DNA of 64,000 nt from Azolla caroliniana (taxonomy: Eukaryota; Plantae; Polypodiophyta): assembly GCA_043228905.1 (NCBI GenBank), contig JBHGNT010000011.1, forward strand, positions 4,526,001 through 4,590,000, in the 5' to 3' direction. The translations under genes and the position numbers were made by a program. The notes under the pieces are model-generated. The model saw only the letters and a program-made list of their open reading frames with translations, made no database searches and was not told where the DNA came from. This document shows positions 35,211 through 49,498 of this stretch, piece by piece (the stretch's first letter is position 1; every line of letters starts with the position of its first letter).

Positions 35211-37447
35211 TGTTAACATATGGGCAATGACTAAAAGTTATAAAGATAAATGTAAATGCCAATAACCCGTCCTAAATTGGGACCAAAAATATAGTAAAGA
35301 TGTCACATGGAATAGTCAAAATATAGAAAAAGGAGAGGCCTTGGGGTGTTTATCCTCCAACAACCTCCCACTTGAAAGACCAAGGAAGCTCCTTTAAGCT
35401 AAGTAACTCCTACTATCTCTCTACATAGTTGATGTCCCTTGGTTAAACACTTTGTGAGAGCATCGACGGTATTTTGTGAAGTATTGACATTGATCAAAGT
35501 GATTAAGCCATCCTCTAGCACTTCTCTCTGATTCAGTGGTATCTCACATCAAAATGCTTTGTGCGACCATGAAACATTGCATTCTTTGCCAAACATATGC
35601 CACTTTGGCTATCACAACCAAGAATAGGTGCCTTTTCAAGCATCCCAAACTCACTACACAAGTGGGCTAACGAAATGGCTTCTTTGGAAGCCTCTATAGC
35701 TGAAATATACTTAACCTCTGTAGTAGATAGTGCAACTATATCCTTGAAATTCTAGAGCACCACGAAATAGCTAAACATGCAAGGGTGTATACATAGCCAC
35801 TCGTGGACTTGCATGTATCCACATTACTTGCCATGTCCAAATCACAAAATCCGGTCAACTCTTTAACATACCTTTCAATAACATAGGCATCTAGTGGGAC
35901 CTTTCAATAACATGGTGCCTTTCAAATATTTAAAGATGGATTTGATTGTCTCCAAATGAGTTCTACTTGGATTAGCCATGAACACCTACTTACAACTCTG
36001 ACCGCATGACTAATGAATGTCTCATTCGAGTGGCAATCATAGGATACATAAGTGAGCCAGCCACAAGCTTATGCATATGGAACATTCTTCATGCAATTGG
36101 TTGCATCATCATCTTCGGGACAATCATCCTTGGAAAGCAACATGTGGCTACAATGGCACTCTAATAGGCTCAACATCAACTGTGGAACACTGTTATGGCT
36201 TAATTTACTGCGTGAGATGATGTGCCCGTTGCTTGCAAATTAGCAATAGATCTTGTATGTGGATCAGGCAAACAAGATGACAAGTGAGAATGTAAATATT
36301 GTGCATTGTTCAATCAATGAGATTACAGAAGAAGATGAAGATGAAGACAGTTGCACAAACAATTAGAGCTCAAGAAAAACAATCGTATTACAAATCGTGC
36401 TAGACTTTTACAAAATTCATTTACTCTCTTTTATAGTTAGGGTAACTAAACCCTAACTGAGATAGTGTGTTCACACTAGGGATACAACTTGAGTGGAGTA
36501 GGACTTTTAGTCCATCATTTGACATGAACCACATAGAATTTGTACAACATTATTTCAATATACTTTTCTTAGGATAAATGCAAAGTATATTATTGTCTAT
36601 CCGTTTTTATTCGCATACCAAGAATATGCTCAGCTTCCCCAAGGTTTTTCATTGAGAATGTAGAGTTCAACTATTATTTTAGAGCATTCAGAGTGCTCTT
36701 TTTCTTCCTTGCCGGCAACATGCCCATTGCCGTCTACATACAATACGAGAATAATTGGGTGATCATTGTCATGATCCTCTTAATTTTATAAACAATGGTC
36801 CATATCACTTCTTTTAAACCCATGTTTGAGCATAAATGCATCAAACTTCTTATATCATTGCCTAGGGGCTTGTTTTAGGCAATATAAGCTCCTTTTCAAC
36901 TTGCATATTAGATGCTCTTTTACAAGAATAGTATATCCTTCTAGTTGTTTCATGTATAGCTCTTCGTGTAAATCACCATGCAAAAAAGTTATTTTAACAT
37001 CCGTTTGGAATGGCGGTTGTGAGGACAAACAAGACATTTAGTGTGGTCATCTTAATCCTTAGAGAGAAAACCTCGTAGAAAACAATGCCCTCTTTTTCAG
37101 ATATCCCTTAACAATCAACCTTTCGTTATACTTGGGTTTGCCATCCACAATTTTGATTTTGTATGCCCACTTGTTTAGAATGACCTTCCTACCTTTGGGC
37201 AACTTAGCCAAATCCCAAGTATCACTTGCATGCAAGTCTTTTATCACTTCCTACATGGCCAACTCCTACTTTTTCTTGTACTCACATAGTTTTGCCTCTT
37301 TATAAGTGAGAGGCTCACCCTCATAGGATAACATAATGTAATGAGTAGAGGTTTCATATCTATTCACTTGCCTTCTAGGACATGTAGATCTTCTTACCCA
37401 ATGATTCACTTTATCCGGCAATGGATCTACATCAAGAAGTACATTGA
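35211..37447 (-). mobile_element. Decayed copia element 'D' (3' LTR 35211-35362, RNase H, RT), interrupted by gypsy E
   Basis: PPT AAGTGGGAGG then TGTTGGAGG. Fragments [19 protein letters not shown] and TWDLAKLPKGRK. Confidence 0.85.
36181..36524. mobile_element. Solo LTR inserted in the RT of element D
   Basis: TG...CA ends; flanks TCAAC/TGAAC (5-bp TSD, 1 mismatch); RT reading rejoins across it. Confidence 0.7.
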
Positions 37448-39614
37448 TGTTACGGGCATGACCATATAATATCCCATGGTGAGAATTTACCATAGTATTC
37501 TATACACGTGGATAAGTGTGAAGGTTAAACGAGAGTGTAAAGAAGGGGAGGATTACTTTTAATTCTCGGGATTGAGACAACCCATTAGGCCAAGCGTGAA
37601 CTTGCATGGGGGCCTTGGGTATCGCTATAAATATGAGGCCTAACTACCCTTATTTGATCATCTTTTGACTACGTTGACACTCTGTTTCATGGTGGGTCAA
37701 CTTTTGTAGCGAGTGTGCAAGCACCAAGTACGACTCGATGCCACGGGGGGTGGTATGGGATGCCGATCAAGGCTCGAGTCCGTCTCGATCCCTTCGCTCC
37801 GGGGTGGTCGGGTGGATCGACACCCTTCTTTCTCTCTCTCCTTTCTATCTATCTATCTTTTATGCTTATGATATGCTTACATTAGATCATATCTCTAATA
37901 GTTGGTATCCGAGCTTATGGTTCTAATGTTTCTTTTGTTGATTTTTGTCTTCTTGATGGATGGCGATCGATCAACGTGCGGTCGACCTTGTTCCAAACAA
38001 TGATCAACAAAGGAACTTCGGTAATCTTTCTTGTTTTTTTTCTACTTTTTCTTCTCCCATCTAATCATGTATATGGTCAATATGTAATTTTTTTCATTGA
38101 TTAAATGATGTTGTAGTGGTAATTAATTAGTTGTATAAAACGTTTACATATGTCTATGAGGTCAATACCTTATTTGACCTATATTTAATATGTGATTAGT
38201 GTTGTATGCGTACAAGGTTAAGACCTCAATTGCATATTACGTTCACATACATATGTTACGTTTGCGTATGGGGTCAATACCTCAATTTCAATTTAAATGA
38301 TGTGCGTTTGATCTCGTATGCGTAAGAGGTTAATACCTCAATTGCGTATTACGATTAACCCTTAATTTTGGATGTTTTGTATGCGTAGAGGTATATGCCT
38401 CAATTACGTATCTCAATTACATCATTTTTGGCTATTTGATATTACGATTTCTTTTATATATGCATATGTGGTCACATGTATATGTATTTAATCATATATA
38501 TGTGATAAATATACATATGTGTATATAAGTTATTACGTGATTTCAATATCGAATGTTTTCCTTTTCGGGGAAAGGATCAAGGTGGCCGTCCTCACATTTT
38601 TGTGAGAATGGCGTTGTCACCATCCCTTTTTCAACAATTTTTTTTTGTTGACATCCCCGTTGGTCACTTTGATTTCGTTACGTAATGAAACAATCATAGC
38701 CACAATGGTGTTGAGAACGTAGGGCTTGACCCACTTCATGTGAGGTCGCTCCTATGACATACATATCCAACATCCCTCCCTCAATACATGGATATGATGC
38801 CACCATGAGATCATTCTTACGAAAGGCATTCATAATGACGTAACCATGTGATGGACCATGCGGGCCTACTACGAAAAGAGGGCTCATTTGGCTTGACCAT
38901 TAGGTTGCACTTTGGCGTATACCATCGTAATTACGAGGCTTGAGGTTAGGTAACGTACCAACATAATTTGTGGTAAACGAGGGGGAAATAAGGACTCTTG
39001 ACATATATGTTTCTTTTAAAAAAACATATAGGGGATAGGGGCAAATTCCTCGCATATCTCTTATACGCATTAAGCATTAACACTCAAGAAGAGCAACCTA
39101 ATTGGTTAGCTCGAGCGTTTAATGAATTTGTTCTCGAGGTCTCGAGTTCAAATATGACCAAGACCATACAACATCGTTCATACATATGACTATAACACAT
39201 GTTTAGACTTGAGGTCTAAGTGCACTTTGGGGTCCTCGTAATAGGACTTGAAGAGCCGAAACCACATGTGTGGGCACATAAACATAGTTTATTGTTAACA
39301 TTTTTTTCGTGTATAAACTATTCATGACGCGAACATACATGGTTGAGCATCGGGGAGCCGCCATGAAAAAGATCGATATAGAGATAAAGGAAAAACATTC
39401 ATTTGTCACCCCCATGGTTTTTAAAACACATTTGTGTTACCATAGTAACCTGATCTTGAACCTGATCTTGAACCTTATCTCATACGTCTAGAGGGGTATT
39501 GACATGAGATCATGATATCGATTAATGTTTGCCCATGATATGTTTACATCATGACATGATGTTATGACTATTTGTTTGAACTTATCCTATTTCTTTGCCA
39601 GAAAAAATCATTCA

Positions 39615-42600
39615 ATGGCCCAAAATAACGGCCCAATGTCATCCGCTCAAGTGGAAGGAACTCAAGGAAATCCTCTTGGACCAATGTCCATTGAGACATA
39701 TATTTCACCAATAAATCAATACCTTAGTTTCACTGCTCAACAGATGACCGAACTTCGGCAATCTCAAAGTGCTCTCGAGGCATGTGTCATTAGTTTACAA
39801 CGTGAGACTAACAGACCCTTTGAGCAATAGGGTGAACCATCATTTGTTGTAAAGCCATTTACGGGAGAAAAAAAGGAAAGAACTAAAGAAGCAATCTGCA
39901 CATGGCTTTGAGCTCTATCCCACGCCAGATAGTACGAAGATTGCATATGTCGGCCGAGAACTAGGGCGTAAGGCCGCTGCCAAGTGGCGTGGGCTCCGTA
40001 CTCTGAGGAAATTGCCCGATACCTGGACACATTTTGTCACAGTTTTCAAGGGCAAATTTCTGCAACCTCCCTCTCGAATGGAGGTAGCACAAGCTTTAAT
40101 GAACCTCTCTAGTAGGAAGTTTTCCTCGCTAGAAGACTTTGTTCACCATGCTAGAACCCAAATTCAAAAGTCGGGTCTAGAAGGGGACAATTGTTTGATA
40201 GCTTGTTTTGTCAATGGCATCCCCAATTCGGACTATTACTGGATAGTGCACGATAAGGATCCAAAATCCTTCGAAGAGGTCGTTGAAGTAGTTCTTCCCT
40301 ATCAACGCACTTTGAAGAAGGACGACAACAAACCCAACGAAGCGCTCGGGACTAAGCAATCACAATTCGTTGGGAAACGTAAGACACCCAACGAATTCAT
40401 GGATCGCGATTGTAAGCGACAACATCCTTTTTGTGTATTCTACAAAAAGGAGGGTCATACAAAAGAGCAATGTTGATAGCTCCAACGGAAAGAGCACGAT
40501 AACAAAGCAAAAGCTGCAGACCATAAAGGTCAGATTCCTAATGTCCTTCAGGTTTATACACATCATTTAAGTAATTGTCAATGTTCTTTCCCTCATTATG
40601 TATTGGGTCCCAATGATTTACTACGTGCAAACGGGTATATCAATGGATCTCTTGTACAATTTTTATTTGATTTGGGAAGCTCACACAAATTTGTGAATGA
40701 TTGTTTGGTTCAGATATGGGGAATCCAACCCACTGTAAGTGATCACACATATACGGTGCACTTAGCTTATGGAAGAGTACAATATAGCCATGGTAGATAA
40801 AGGTCAAATATATTGTGAAGCCATGGTGATGAGCGTTTATTTATAGGCTAATCAACATGCGAGAATGGAAGAAGATGGATGAACATTGGGTCTTAGCCAA
40901 TGATCACATGAGATGGGAAAAAGAGTCATGTATGTGTGTCCACCGCTCTTTGTAGTCTTCTACTTTGAATCTCTGAGTTTTTTTATTGGCCTATCATGGC
41001 CACAACTTTTATGATGTTGTCAGACTAATCATTTTCTTATGTATGTAGAATTTATACTAATGAAGAATATTGTTTTGGGAAAAAAGAGTACAATACATCA
41101 ACGAGGCGATTCATTCTTTAGGAATTTCTATTGATACTTATATAGAGGAAGTAGACTTCTATGTAATGAATCTTTGTACCACTGATGTAATACTGGGTTA
41201 TCCCTTGTTTTATAATAAAAAATCTTCTTTATCTATTGATTGGGTTCATCATTCAATAAATTTTGTACTGAACGATTGTACTCATTTTATTCAATGTGTA
41301 AAACAACAACTCTCTCGATTGTTTCCTCTCCATCAATATCCGAGTTGTCTTGTTCTACTTTATTTTATTGTGTACTTGATCCGGACATTCACGTTTACAA
41401 TATCGATAGTGTCTCGGTTCAATTAACATATTTTGAACAACAACAACTCGATGAAATCTTAAATGATTTTCGTGATGTTTTTCCGAGGAACTACTAGATG
41501 GGATACCTCTTAAACGTAATATAGACCATCGTATAGATATTGTACCTGGCGTTGCACCAATAAGTATACCTTCGTATCGCGTAAGTCGATCCGAGGAGGA
41601 TGAGCTATCTAAGCAACTCAAGGACTATTTATGAATTGGTTATATACGTTATAGTAAATCTCCATGGGGTGCACCTGTTCTCTTGGTAAAAAAGAAAGAG
41701 GGCACATGGCGTATGTGTATTAATTACCGACGCTTGAATAAAGTGACGCTCAAGAATTCATATCCATTGCCTCGGGCTGACGATCTAATTGACCGTCCTA
41801 GGGAGCTCGGTATTTTACGAAACTTGATCTCCGTACTGGCTACCATCAAATTAGTATAAGTGAGAACGATGTTTCTAAAACGGCATTTCGTATGCGCTCT
41901 GGCCATTATGAGTTTTTGGTTATACCTTTTGGTCTGACCAATGCTCAGGCCACATTTCAACAAGAAATGAATGACATTTTCTGAGAACAACTTGGAAAAT
42001 TTGTCGTTATATTCTTGGATGATATTTTAGTTTATAGCTGTACATTAGAGGAACATGCTAAACATGTTCGCTTTGTTTTACAAACATTGCGTGACAAATA
42101 GTTTTACGTGAAGATCTCAAAATGCGAATTCTTCAAGAAATGAATTGCTTATCTTGGACATCTCATAACCGAACGAGGAGTTGAAATTGATCCTTCTTGC
42201 ATCGAGAAAATCAAGCTTTGGCCCACTCTTCGGAATATTCGAGAAGTTTGATCATTCCTTGGTTTTGTCAGGTTTTTGTGAAAGTCTCTTCGTAATTACT
42301 CCCAATTGATGACACTGTTTACTGATCTTCTAAAAGGTCAAACACGTAAGCCTGCAAAACCTATTGTGTGGAATGCTACACTAGACCTCGCCTTTAAGGA
42401 ACTCAAGGACCGGGTGTGCAAGGCTCCTTCACTTCTGTTACCCGATCCTTCAAAACCTTTTCAGGTTGAAACTGATGCAAGCGATTATGCTATACGGGTT
42501 GTCTTATATCAAGATGGTAATCCAATAGCATTCGAGAGTAAGAAACTTGATTCTGCTCAATGTCGGTATACCGTTCAAGAAAAGGAATTATTTGCAGTTA

Positions 42601-42644
42601 TACATGCGCTCAAAACATGCCGTCATTATCTTTATGGAAATTGT
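39615..42644 (+). pseudogene. Decayed gypsy gag-protease-RT-RNase H of E
   Basis: Protease FLFDLGSSH; [15 protein letters not shown] and FLDDILVYS; RNase H FQVETDASDYA...EKELFAVIHALK. Confidence 0.9.
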
Positions 42645-43975
42645 TGTCGTGAAGATTTTCGGCAATGGTGTGAAAATCGCATAAAACATATGAAATCGAG
42701 TATGAATCATATAAAACAATAATAGTGAAAATAATATTTTAAATATGTTTAATATCTTAGTACAAAAAGATGGAGGTCTGCAAGAGCTTTTGAATGCACT
42801 TTACTACATAAGAAACAAACATCTAAGTCTCAAGTTATGAGGGTAGGAAGTTTGCAAAGGAAAAGAGAAAGATAAAACTATGAGAGACCCCACATAGACA
42901 GGACAAATAAGGATCTTACCATATATAACGCAAAGCAAAAGCTATTATCTTTGTGTCTATGTGTGGAGCATAAAGAGTTCAAGGTGACTTGAGCTAAGCT
43001 AATTGGATGAGTGGGTGTGGCCTAGCTACTTGTAAAGTTTTTGGCCAACCAAAACTGGCGGCAACCATCAGTAGAGCCGGTGAGCCGGTGGCACGTCAAA
43101 TCGCAAGTTTCAAGAGAGTGGTCGCCAACAACGTCCAAAGGCGCATCGTCGAGCTTCAAGAAGGGAAGACAACATGGTCCGGGTTCAAGAAAGCGATATT
43201 AGCGGAGTTCGCAACGGAAGATTTGTCGAGGATGACTCGGCATGCTTTGATGAAGTGGATAGAAAAGAAAAATAAGAAGATGAGCGCCTCGAGGGTGTAC
43301 GACGAGTTCGACCAAATGTTTAGTCGTCTCCCCAACGCGGACCAAGTGCTGCTTGAGGAGGACAAGACTTTGTACTTCTTGAAAGCCGTGGACATGAAGG
43401 ATAGACGAGAGTTGGGGACTCTCCTCGAAGATGATACCCAAGCAAACAACCTTGTGGTGGACTGGGTTGCGGTGAACCAAGCATGCAACAAGATCGATAG
43501 GCGTCATCGATGGCTCCATGATATTGACTTGGTAAAACCAAGCGTAGAAAAAGCAAAACCATCTAAAGAAGTCGAGACGCCTAAACAATGCATCCAACAT
43601 GAAAAGAAGATTGATGATGACTTGAGAACGATGACAACCATTTCAAAGGAGGTCGAATGTTTCGGAACATGCGTCGAGTTCGAAACAACGGATGATGGAA
43701 CAAGCCAAATCGAAGCTTGCATCAATGGAGATAAAGAGAGCGGGGCTAGTGTAATTGAGGATCTAGCCACTAAAGAAGACATCGAGGAGGTGACTATGAA
43801 CAAGATAAACGACCATGGCCGGATTTTCTCCACACATGCTCTGGAGACTTGCGTAGTTGCGTCAAAGAACCAACGTGAGACCCAAGAGATGGAAGGTGTC
43901 GGCGAGGAGCCAGAGGTTGAAACGAATACATGCGACGAAGAGAGAAGCATGATCAAAGCTTGTTCGATCAAGAAG
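42645..43975 (+). mobile_element. Fragment of gag-like element 'F' (LTR piece plus gag-like ORF), related to element J
   Basis: Starts TGTCGTG; the LTR piece recurs at 60561-61020. ORF EFDQMFSRL..DKTLYFLKAVDMKDRRELGTLLEDD resembles 53827-54135. Confidence 0.7.
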
Positions 43976-44168
43976 TGTCGAATACGAGTGTATAATGGCC
44001 GTATTCACACTATCCCTTCGGACAGCCCAAGTTTGGGCTATTTCTGTAAATAGCATAAAGGGCAGTTGCCCTAAGATAGTCACTATATAAAGTGACTTTC
44101 TAACCTTTAGTTGTGGTTGTTGGTCATTCTTTGTAACTGTTGCTATTGGAATATAACATTTCTTCGTG

Positions 44169-44235
<67 letters not shown>

Positions 44236-46317
44236 CTATCTTGCTTATGTGCATACACAGGTTCTTCTTCATCACGAATGTTGCTTGCACTTCCGCATTG
44301 ACAGCCTTGTCCCCAACATTTGGTATCAGAGCATTGGAGGTTCTTCAACCTGCTTCCGGTCGTCATAGTACACCACACAACATTCCATTTTTCGTTTTCT
44401 TTGAAGAACAGAGAAGGGAGAAGAAAAAAAACAAAAAGCTCGCATCTCACAGTGTTAAATCACAAATTGGAGTAAGCCAGTCGGATGTACTCTGTTCCTG
44501 TGATTGTAACTGCTTGAGGGGAGCTCCTTGAGCTACAACCGACCCAATCGTGCTTCATTTCATTAAACAACATCCGAATAGGTCATCAGACACTATTCAC
44601 CCGTTTGCTGTAACCACCCGCTGCAGATGGTCTCCAGGCAACAACCAAATTCGTGCTTTACTCGGCTGATCGACATTCGGGAGGATTAGTTGGATCCCTC
44701 CCTCTCATTGTTGCAGTCATCCAAAGCAGAATCGGCCCAAACAATCGATTTCGTGTAATTGGTATTCGGCATACGATCGGAAGCTAACCGGGATCACTCC
44801 GACTCGGCAACATTCGGGAAGACCAGTCGGTTATGTCCCTCAAGTTACCGGAGTCACTCCGAGCAAGTTCAACAACAAGTATCTGGAACCAATCCGACTC
44901 GGGTTCAAAACCGACTAGAACGATATCGGGTGAGCCGACCGGATGCACCCCACTAAGGTTCGTAGTCAACTCCGAACCGAGTCTTACCAACCGAAACCGA
45001 AGCAGATGGCATCAACATCCGGCTCATCGGAGATGAGTCTAAGGAGGTTCGACGGTTCGAACTTCAACTTCTGGAAGGAACAAATGCAGGACTATCTCAT
45101 AGTCAAGGGTCAGATAGAACCGATTGAGAATGAAAATCCGCTAGAAGCATACAAGGCAAACGAGTGGCTAAAGTTGGACAGAATCGTCCGCGCCATGATT
45201 TGGATGCACTTGTCAGACTTAGTGTATTTCACAGTGCAATCATGCTCGACAACTTTTGAACTTTGGAAAACACTGTTGGAAACTTATGAAAAGAAGGTCG
45301 CCGCAACAAAGATGTATCTGATCCGATGCCTCTACAACTTGCGGATGAAAGAATCCGATTCGGTTCAGGCACACCTCAATGAGTACGAAAGCATAAGCTC
45401 CCAAATCTCGTCTCAGGGGACGACAATCGAGGATGAACTCAGAGCAATGATACTCATGAGTAATCTCCCCTCTTCATGGGAAACTTTCATTACAACCGTG
45501 TCCAATGCTTCAACGTTTGCCGTTAAGTACTCCGAAGTCACGAGTGCAATGCTGACTGAAGCAACTCGGAGAAAGTCTTTCGCCAAAGACTCGGCAGATG
45601 GAGCTTACATAGTACAAGGTTCGACCGACCAATCGAACAACCGGGGAAGAAGTTCTTCCCGACCGCCGAACAATCAACGAAGCCAGAGCAAGTCCCAAGA
45701 CAACCGAATCTGCAACTACTGCAAGAAACCGGGACACATCAAAGCTGACTGCCGGGCACTCAAAGCAAAAACTGACAAAGCTCAGAGAGAAAATTAGAAG
45801 AGTAGCCGGCATGAGGAGGTTAACTACGTCGGCTCTTCAACCGAAATTTTGAAGACCGACACGAACATATTGTCCATAGAGAAGAACCTAGTCGAATCAG
45901 AAGTTCTGCTTACGACTGAGGAATTGAGCACATGGCTCCTGGACTCGGGCGCATCGTATCATGTGACACCTCACCGATCTCAGTTTTGACAATACTCGAA
46001 CCGGGATTCCGACTCAGTTCAAGTCGGAAACTCGCAACATTGTGCTATAATTGGAATCGACACCGTAGAGCTCAACCTTCCGGGTGGCTCTACACTCGTA
46101 CTACACAACGTTCGACACGTTCCTGAGCTCTGAAGACCCTTGATCTCAGTCAAACAACTTGACGAAGCCGGCATCCGTGCCGGGTTCTCATCAGGTGGGT
46201 GGACACTCCACAAAGGGAACCTCCTGCTTGCTTGAGGACCAAAGGTACACTCTTTGTACCCTTTATATGTCACACTCAAAGAGGGTGACTTATTTCTGGT
46301 TGATATTCCCGTGTCAT
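43976..46317 (+). mobile_element. 5' half of copia 'B2' (same family as B1)
   Basis: LTR 43976-44318, PBS 44321-44332, gag 45007-45797 almost identical to B1, protease; truncated at 46317. Confidence 0.93.
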
Positions 46318-48022
46318 CCTTATCTTCTTTGTCCTCCCGGTCATTCCGGGTCTCGATGTGCCAGACTTGTGCAGCTTGCCGATTCAACAGGTTGTACTCG
46401 CAGCGGTCCATTGTATGTGACCGAGAATGGCATAGCATGCACTGCGATCTAATCATGCACAGGTCCTCTTCGGTGGGGAGTGTTCGTTGGAGTGTTCCCA
46501 TCGTCAACCACGAACTCGTTTTGTCCATTTCCATAACCCGATCAATTACCTGGTCTATCATGCTGGTCCGAAAATCTATGACCGCACACACAATTTGGAG
46601 AGGTTCCCAGAGCGCTGCCAAAAATACCGCTTTTGCTTCAGCTTCTAGCGGTGCTCTGGTGAGTTGACTATGTATCGTCTGGAACCGGATAACGAACTAC
46701 TAAATGGTTTCGGACGGGTCCTGTCGTGTTGTATAAAATTGGCCAACAATCTCTCTTTGATCCACCTGTCTATGGAAGAAGCGTAGAAATCTAGTCTTTA
46801 AATCCTCAAATGTGGCGATGCTGCCGAGAAGGTCCTTGGAGTGCCAACGTGCCGCGGGTTTTGATCGTTCTACCTTTGCATCGTTCAGTCGTTGGGAGAT
46901 ATGATTTGCCTCCCAAGTTTAGAGAAACACGTATACATGGGCTTCTGCGTCCGGGTCATCCCGATACATTGGATATTGGTACGACATTGTGTCTTCGTCT
47001 TCTTGTGCTGCCGGGGCCGGTGTCAGAACTCGCTCATCCTGTTCCGTCGGTGACTCGGGTTGTGGTGTTGGAACTCATTCCTCCTCTTGGTGTTCCGTGC
47101 CAGTCGTTTTGTCTCGAGCTTCCGGTTTTGTTGTTGCCGGCTCCGGTGTCGGTATGTGGTCCGACTCGTCGTCTTCCGGGTTGTCTAGGGTATCGTGGCT
47201 ACTACAATAATTCGATAGGAGACTGTGTTCACCGCCCGAATCCGATTCGATGGCTAAGAACGCTTCTGAACCGTCGTCTCTTGCGGCAAGTGTCTGCAGA
47301 ATGAACTCCTCTTCCTGCAGACTGCTCAGACTACTTCCTTTGTCCGGGTGGTGGTTCTGTTCCAATCGGAGTGACTCCTCCGCGACTCGCTGAATCACTC
47401 TGGTAAAAGACCGATCTGACCATATCTCTTCTACCGCCTACTGGTAAGCCTCCCCCTTCCGCAGTCTCTCAACAAGTCTTCTCACTCGCTCGGTTACTGG
47501 GTCGTTCGTTGGTCTATTCACCCATTCCCCCCATTGTTCACTCAGCACTGTACTTTTTGCAAGAATTGTGGTTGCTAAAACTGTGTTGTCACCGGGCTGG
47601 ACAAGCCGCAAACACAGGGTGTCCCTTTAGAACACTTCACCAAAGGGGTGGTACGGTAAGGTATGTGCAGACCGTGATACAAGAACGATCCTTCCCGGTC
47701 ACTCTCCGGAATGATTAACTTGATACAAGCGTATGATAATCACATTAAGCACAGAATGGTATTAACAAGATACACACTATGTAAAGACACAACACTTCTC
47801 TATTAATTATCTATCATCAATTACATCATCTCCGGATCCTTTTATAGGTATCCGGTTATGCTACAAACCGGTGCCAACCGGCAACCGACTACGAACCAGT
47901 CCAGATCCGGATCGGCATACCAATTCTGGGTCCGTCCATCCGATCTTATAATTATCATAAATGATCTAATTACAACTCCCAAAACCGACTCCCCTTTCAT
48001 ACTCTGGCCTAACCGGCCAACA
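46318..48022 (-). mobile_element. 5' fragment of gypsy-like element 'G' (probable LTR ~47582-48022 and decayed gag)
   Basis: Gag-like TFEDLKTRFLRFF..RQDPSETI..FVIRF and knuckle CMLCHSRSHTMDRC; TG...CA bounded segment upstream. Confidence 0.7.
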
Positions 48023-48432
48023 AGAAACATGATTGTTGTTGTATAATCCCCTCCAATAAAGCAAATACTCCCCAATATCTACAAATTCCTCCTTCAATCC
48101 CACTATATGTTATTTATCATAATTATTCTATAAGTATAATAAATTCAAAAAGTGACTGAAAATAACAAATATGGGTATAAGTTTTACAAACACAATTGAT
48201 GGGTAAATATGAAGGATGAACATCACTTTTGTTTGATCTTAACTATAAACAAAGATGATAATCCAACGAATTTAATAAATATGTGCAACAAGATATAAAC
48301 ATATCAGCACATTAATTAAAACATAATATAACACCATATAAACAAATAGATTGGATCATATTAAGAAATAGAATTTATTAAAAGATAGTTGATTAAACGT
48401 AAATACATCAAAAGTATTTTTATAAAGTCTAA

Positions 48433-49498
48433 CTACATCGCTAGGAGAGTATCCATATAATTGGTTTCATCATCAATTGGTGAACTATCATCCACATTCA
48501 GCGCAGTAGTATCCACTCCAGATAGACTGGCTACTGTGGAGTCCTCCGTTAAATCATCGTCAAGCTCTATGAGTTCCCTAGGTTCACCAGCCAAAGGAGG
48601 GATCAGTTCACGGGAGTCTAGTTGGAAATGTTCGGTATCTGCTATATGCTTGGCCCCTACATCCTCGTCTTGATCGGGGCATTCCCAAAGTGCTCGAAGC
48701 CTCATGTTGATGAAGTTCACATGCTCCTCGTCTTTCTCCAATGCAACCGAATTTCGGAAAAGCTTCAAAGTACATGCCGAAGTGGTCCTTAAACACCATT
48801 AATAAGAAATAATGAGTTTTATAATAGGTCTGAATATAAATAAAACCTTCAACACTTTGGAAAAATTAATCGAACATATACATGAGCCAGAAAACAAGTC
48901 CAATATCCAATCATCTTCATTCGAGAACATCTCCACAAGGCGCATCATTAAATGTTGTGGCTTTTGGTAGGGATTCACAAGCCCGCGCTCAGTCATGGTC
49001 ACATGTCGAAGCTTCCGTGTCATGGCTAGATATACGAATAGGTTTGAGCATCCCACCTCATTTGAATGCTCCTTGATTCTTTGCTTCTTAATCTCATTGT
49101 AATAACCAACTGTAATATAGTCCTTTACATTAACGAACCAGAAAGTCGGTCCCCTATTTACGTTGGTTTTAATCCTATTCCTATTGAAATAGTTTAAATT
49201 ACAATATACAATTCCTATTGAAATAGTGTGCTTTCGATAAAATCTTTACCAAGCAAGGTTCTCTATTCCATGGCAACGAGACCTCAACGCATGAGCCACG
49301 GAATATCCCTGATCCATGCTATGAAAGATTACAATTCTCCACAGGGAAGCAGTGGTCACTTCAGCAAAATCTTTTACCATTTTTTCCAACTGCTTGAACC
49401 TAAAAGGTTCGTCATTGTAGATCGATCCATCCATACCAAAACCATATGGAATATCGGCTATCATTAATTTCACCCGGCCTCTTACTCCGCCATGGTTT
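48433..49498 (-). pseudogene. Intron-containing beta-class N4-cytosine/N6-adenine DNA methyltransferase-like gene (5'-truncated, damaged second splice junction); exons 49498-49250, 49174-48882, ~48788-48433
   Basis: Spliced translation gives VKLMIADIPYG (DPPY-like motif IV) ... ENLAW|IKTN ... NPYQKPQHLMMRLVEMFSNEDDWILDLFSGS|(G)TTSACTLKLFRNSVALEKDEEHVNFINMRL (PxQKP, FxGxG motif I, R..[G/A]xE motif II). A 75-bp GT-AG intron is in correct phase. Confidence 0.8.

Noticed and set aside
38678-38887. Similarity of VGQALRSQHHCG to the MTase segment VAHALRSRCHG
   Set aside because: The match is too short and no MTase motifs are nearby; treated as chance.
43862-44531. ORFs with (ER)n or (SL)n runs (also the 5' part of 10241-11029)
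   Set aside because: They are translations of (CT)n/(AT)n microsatellites in B-family LTRs.
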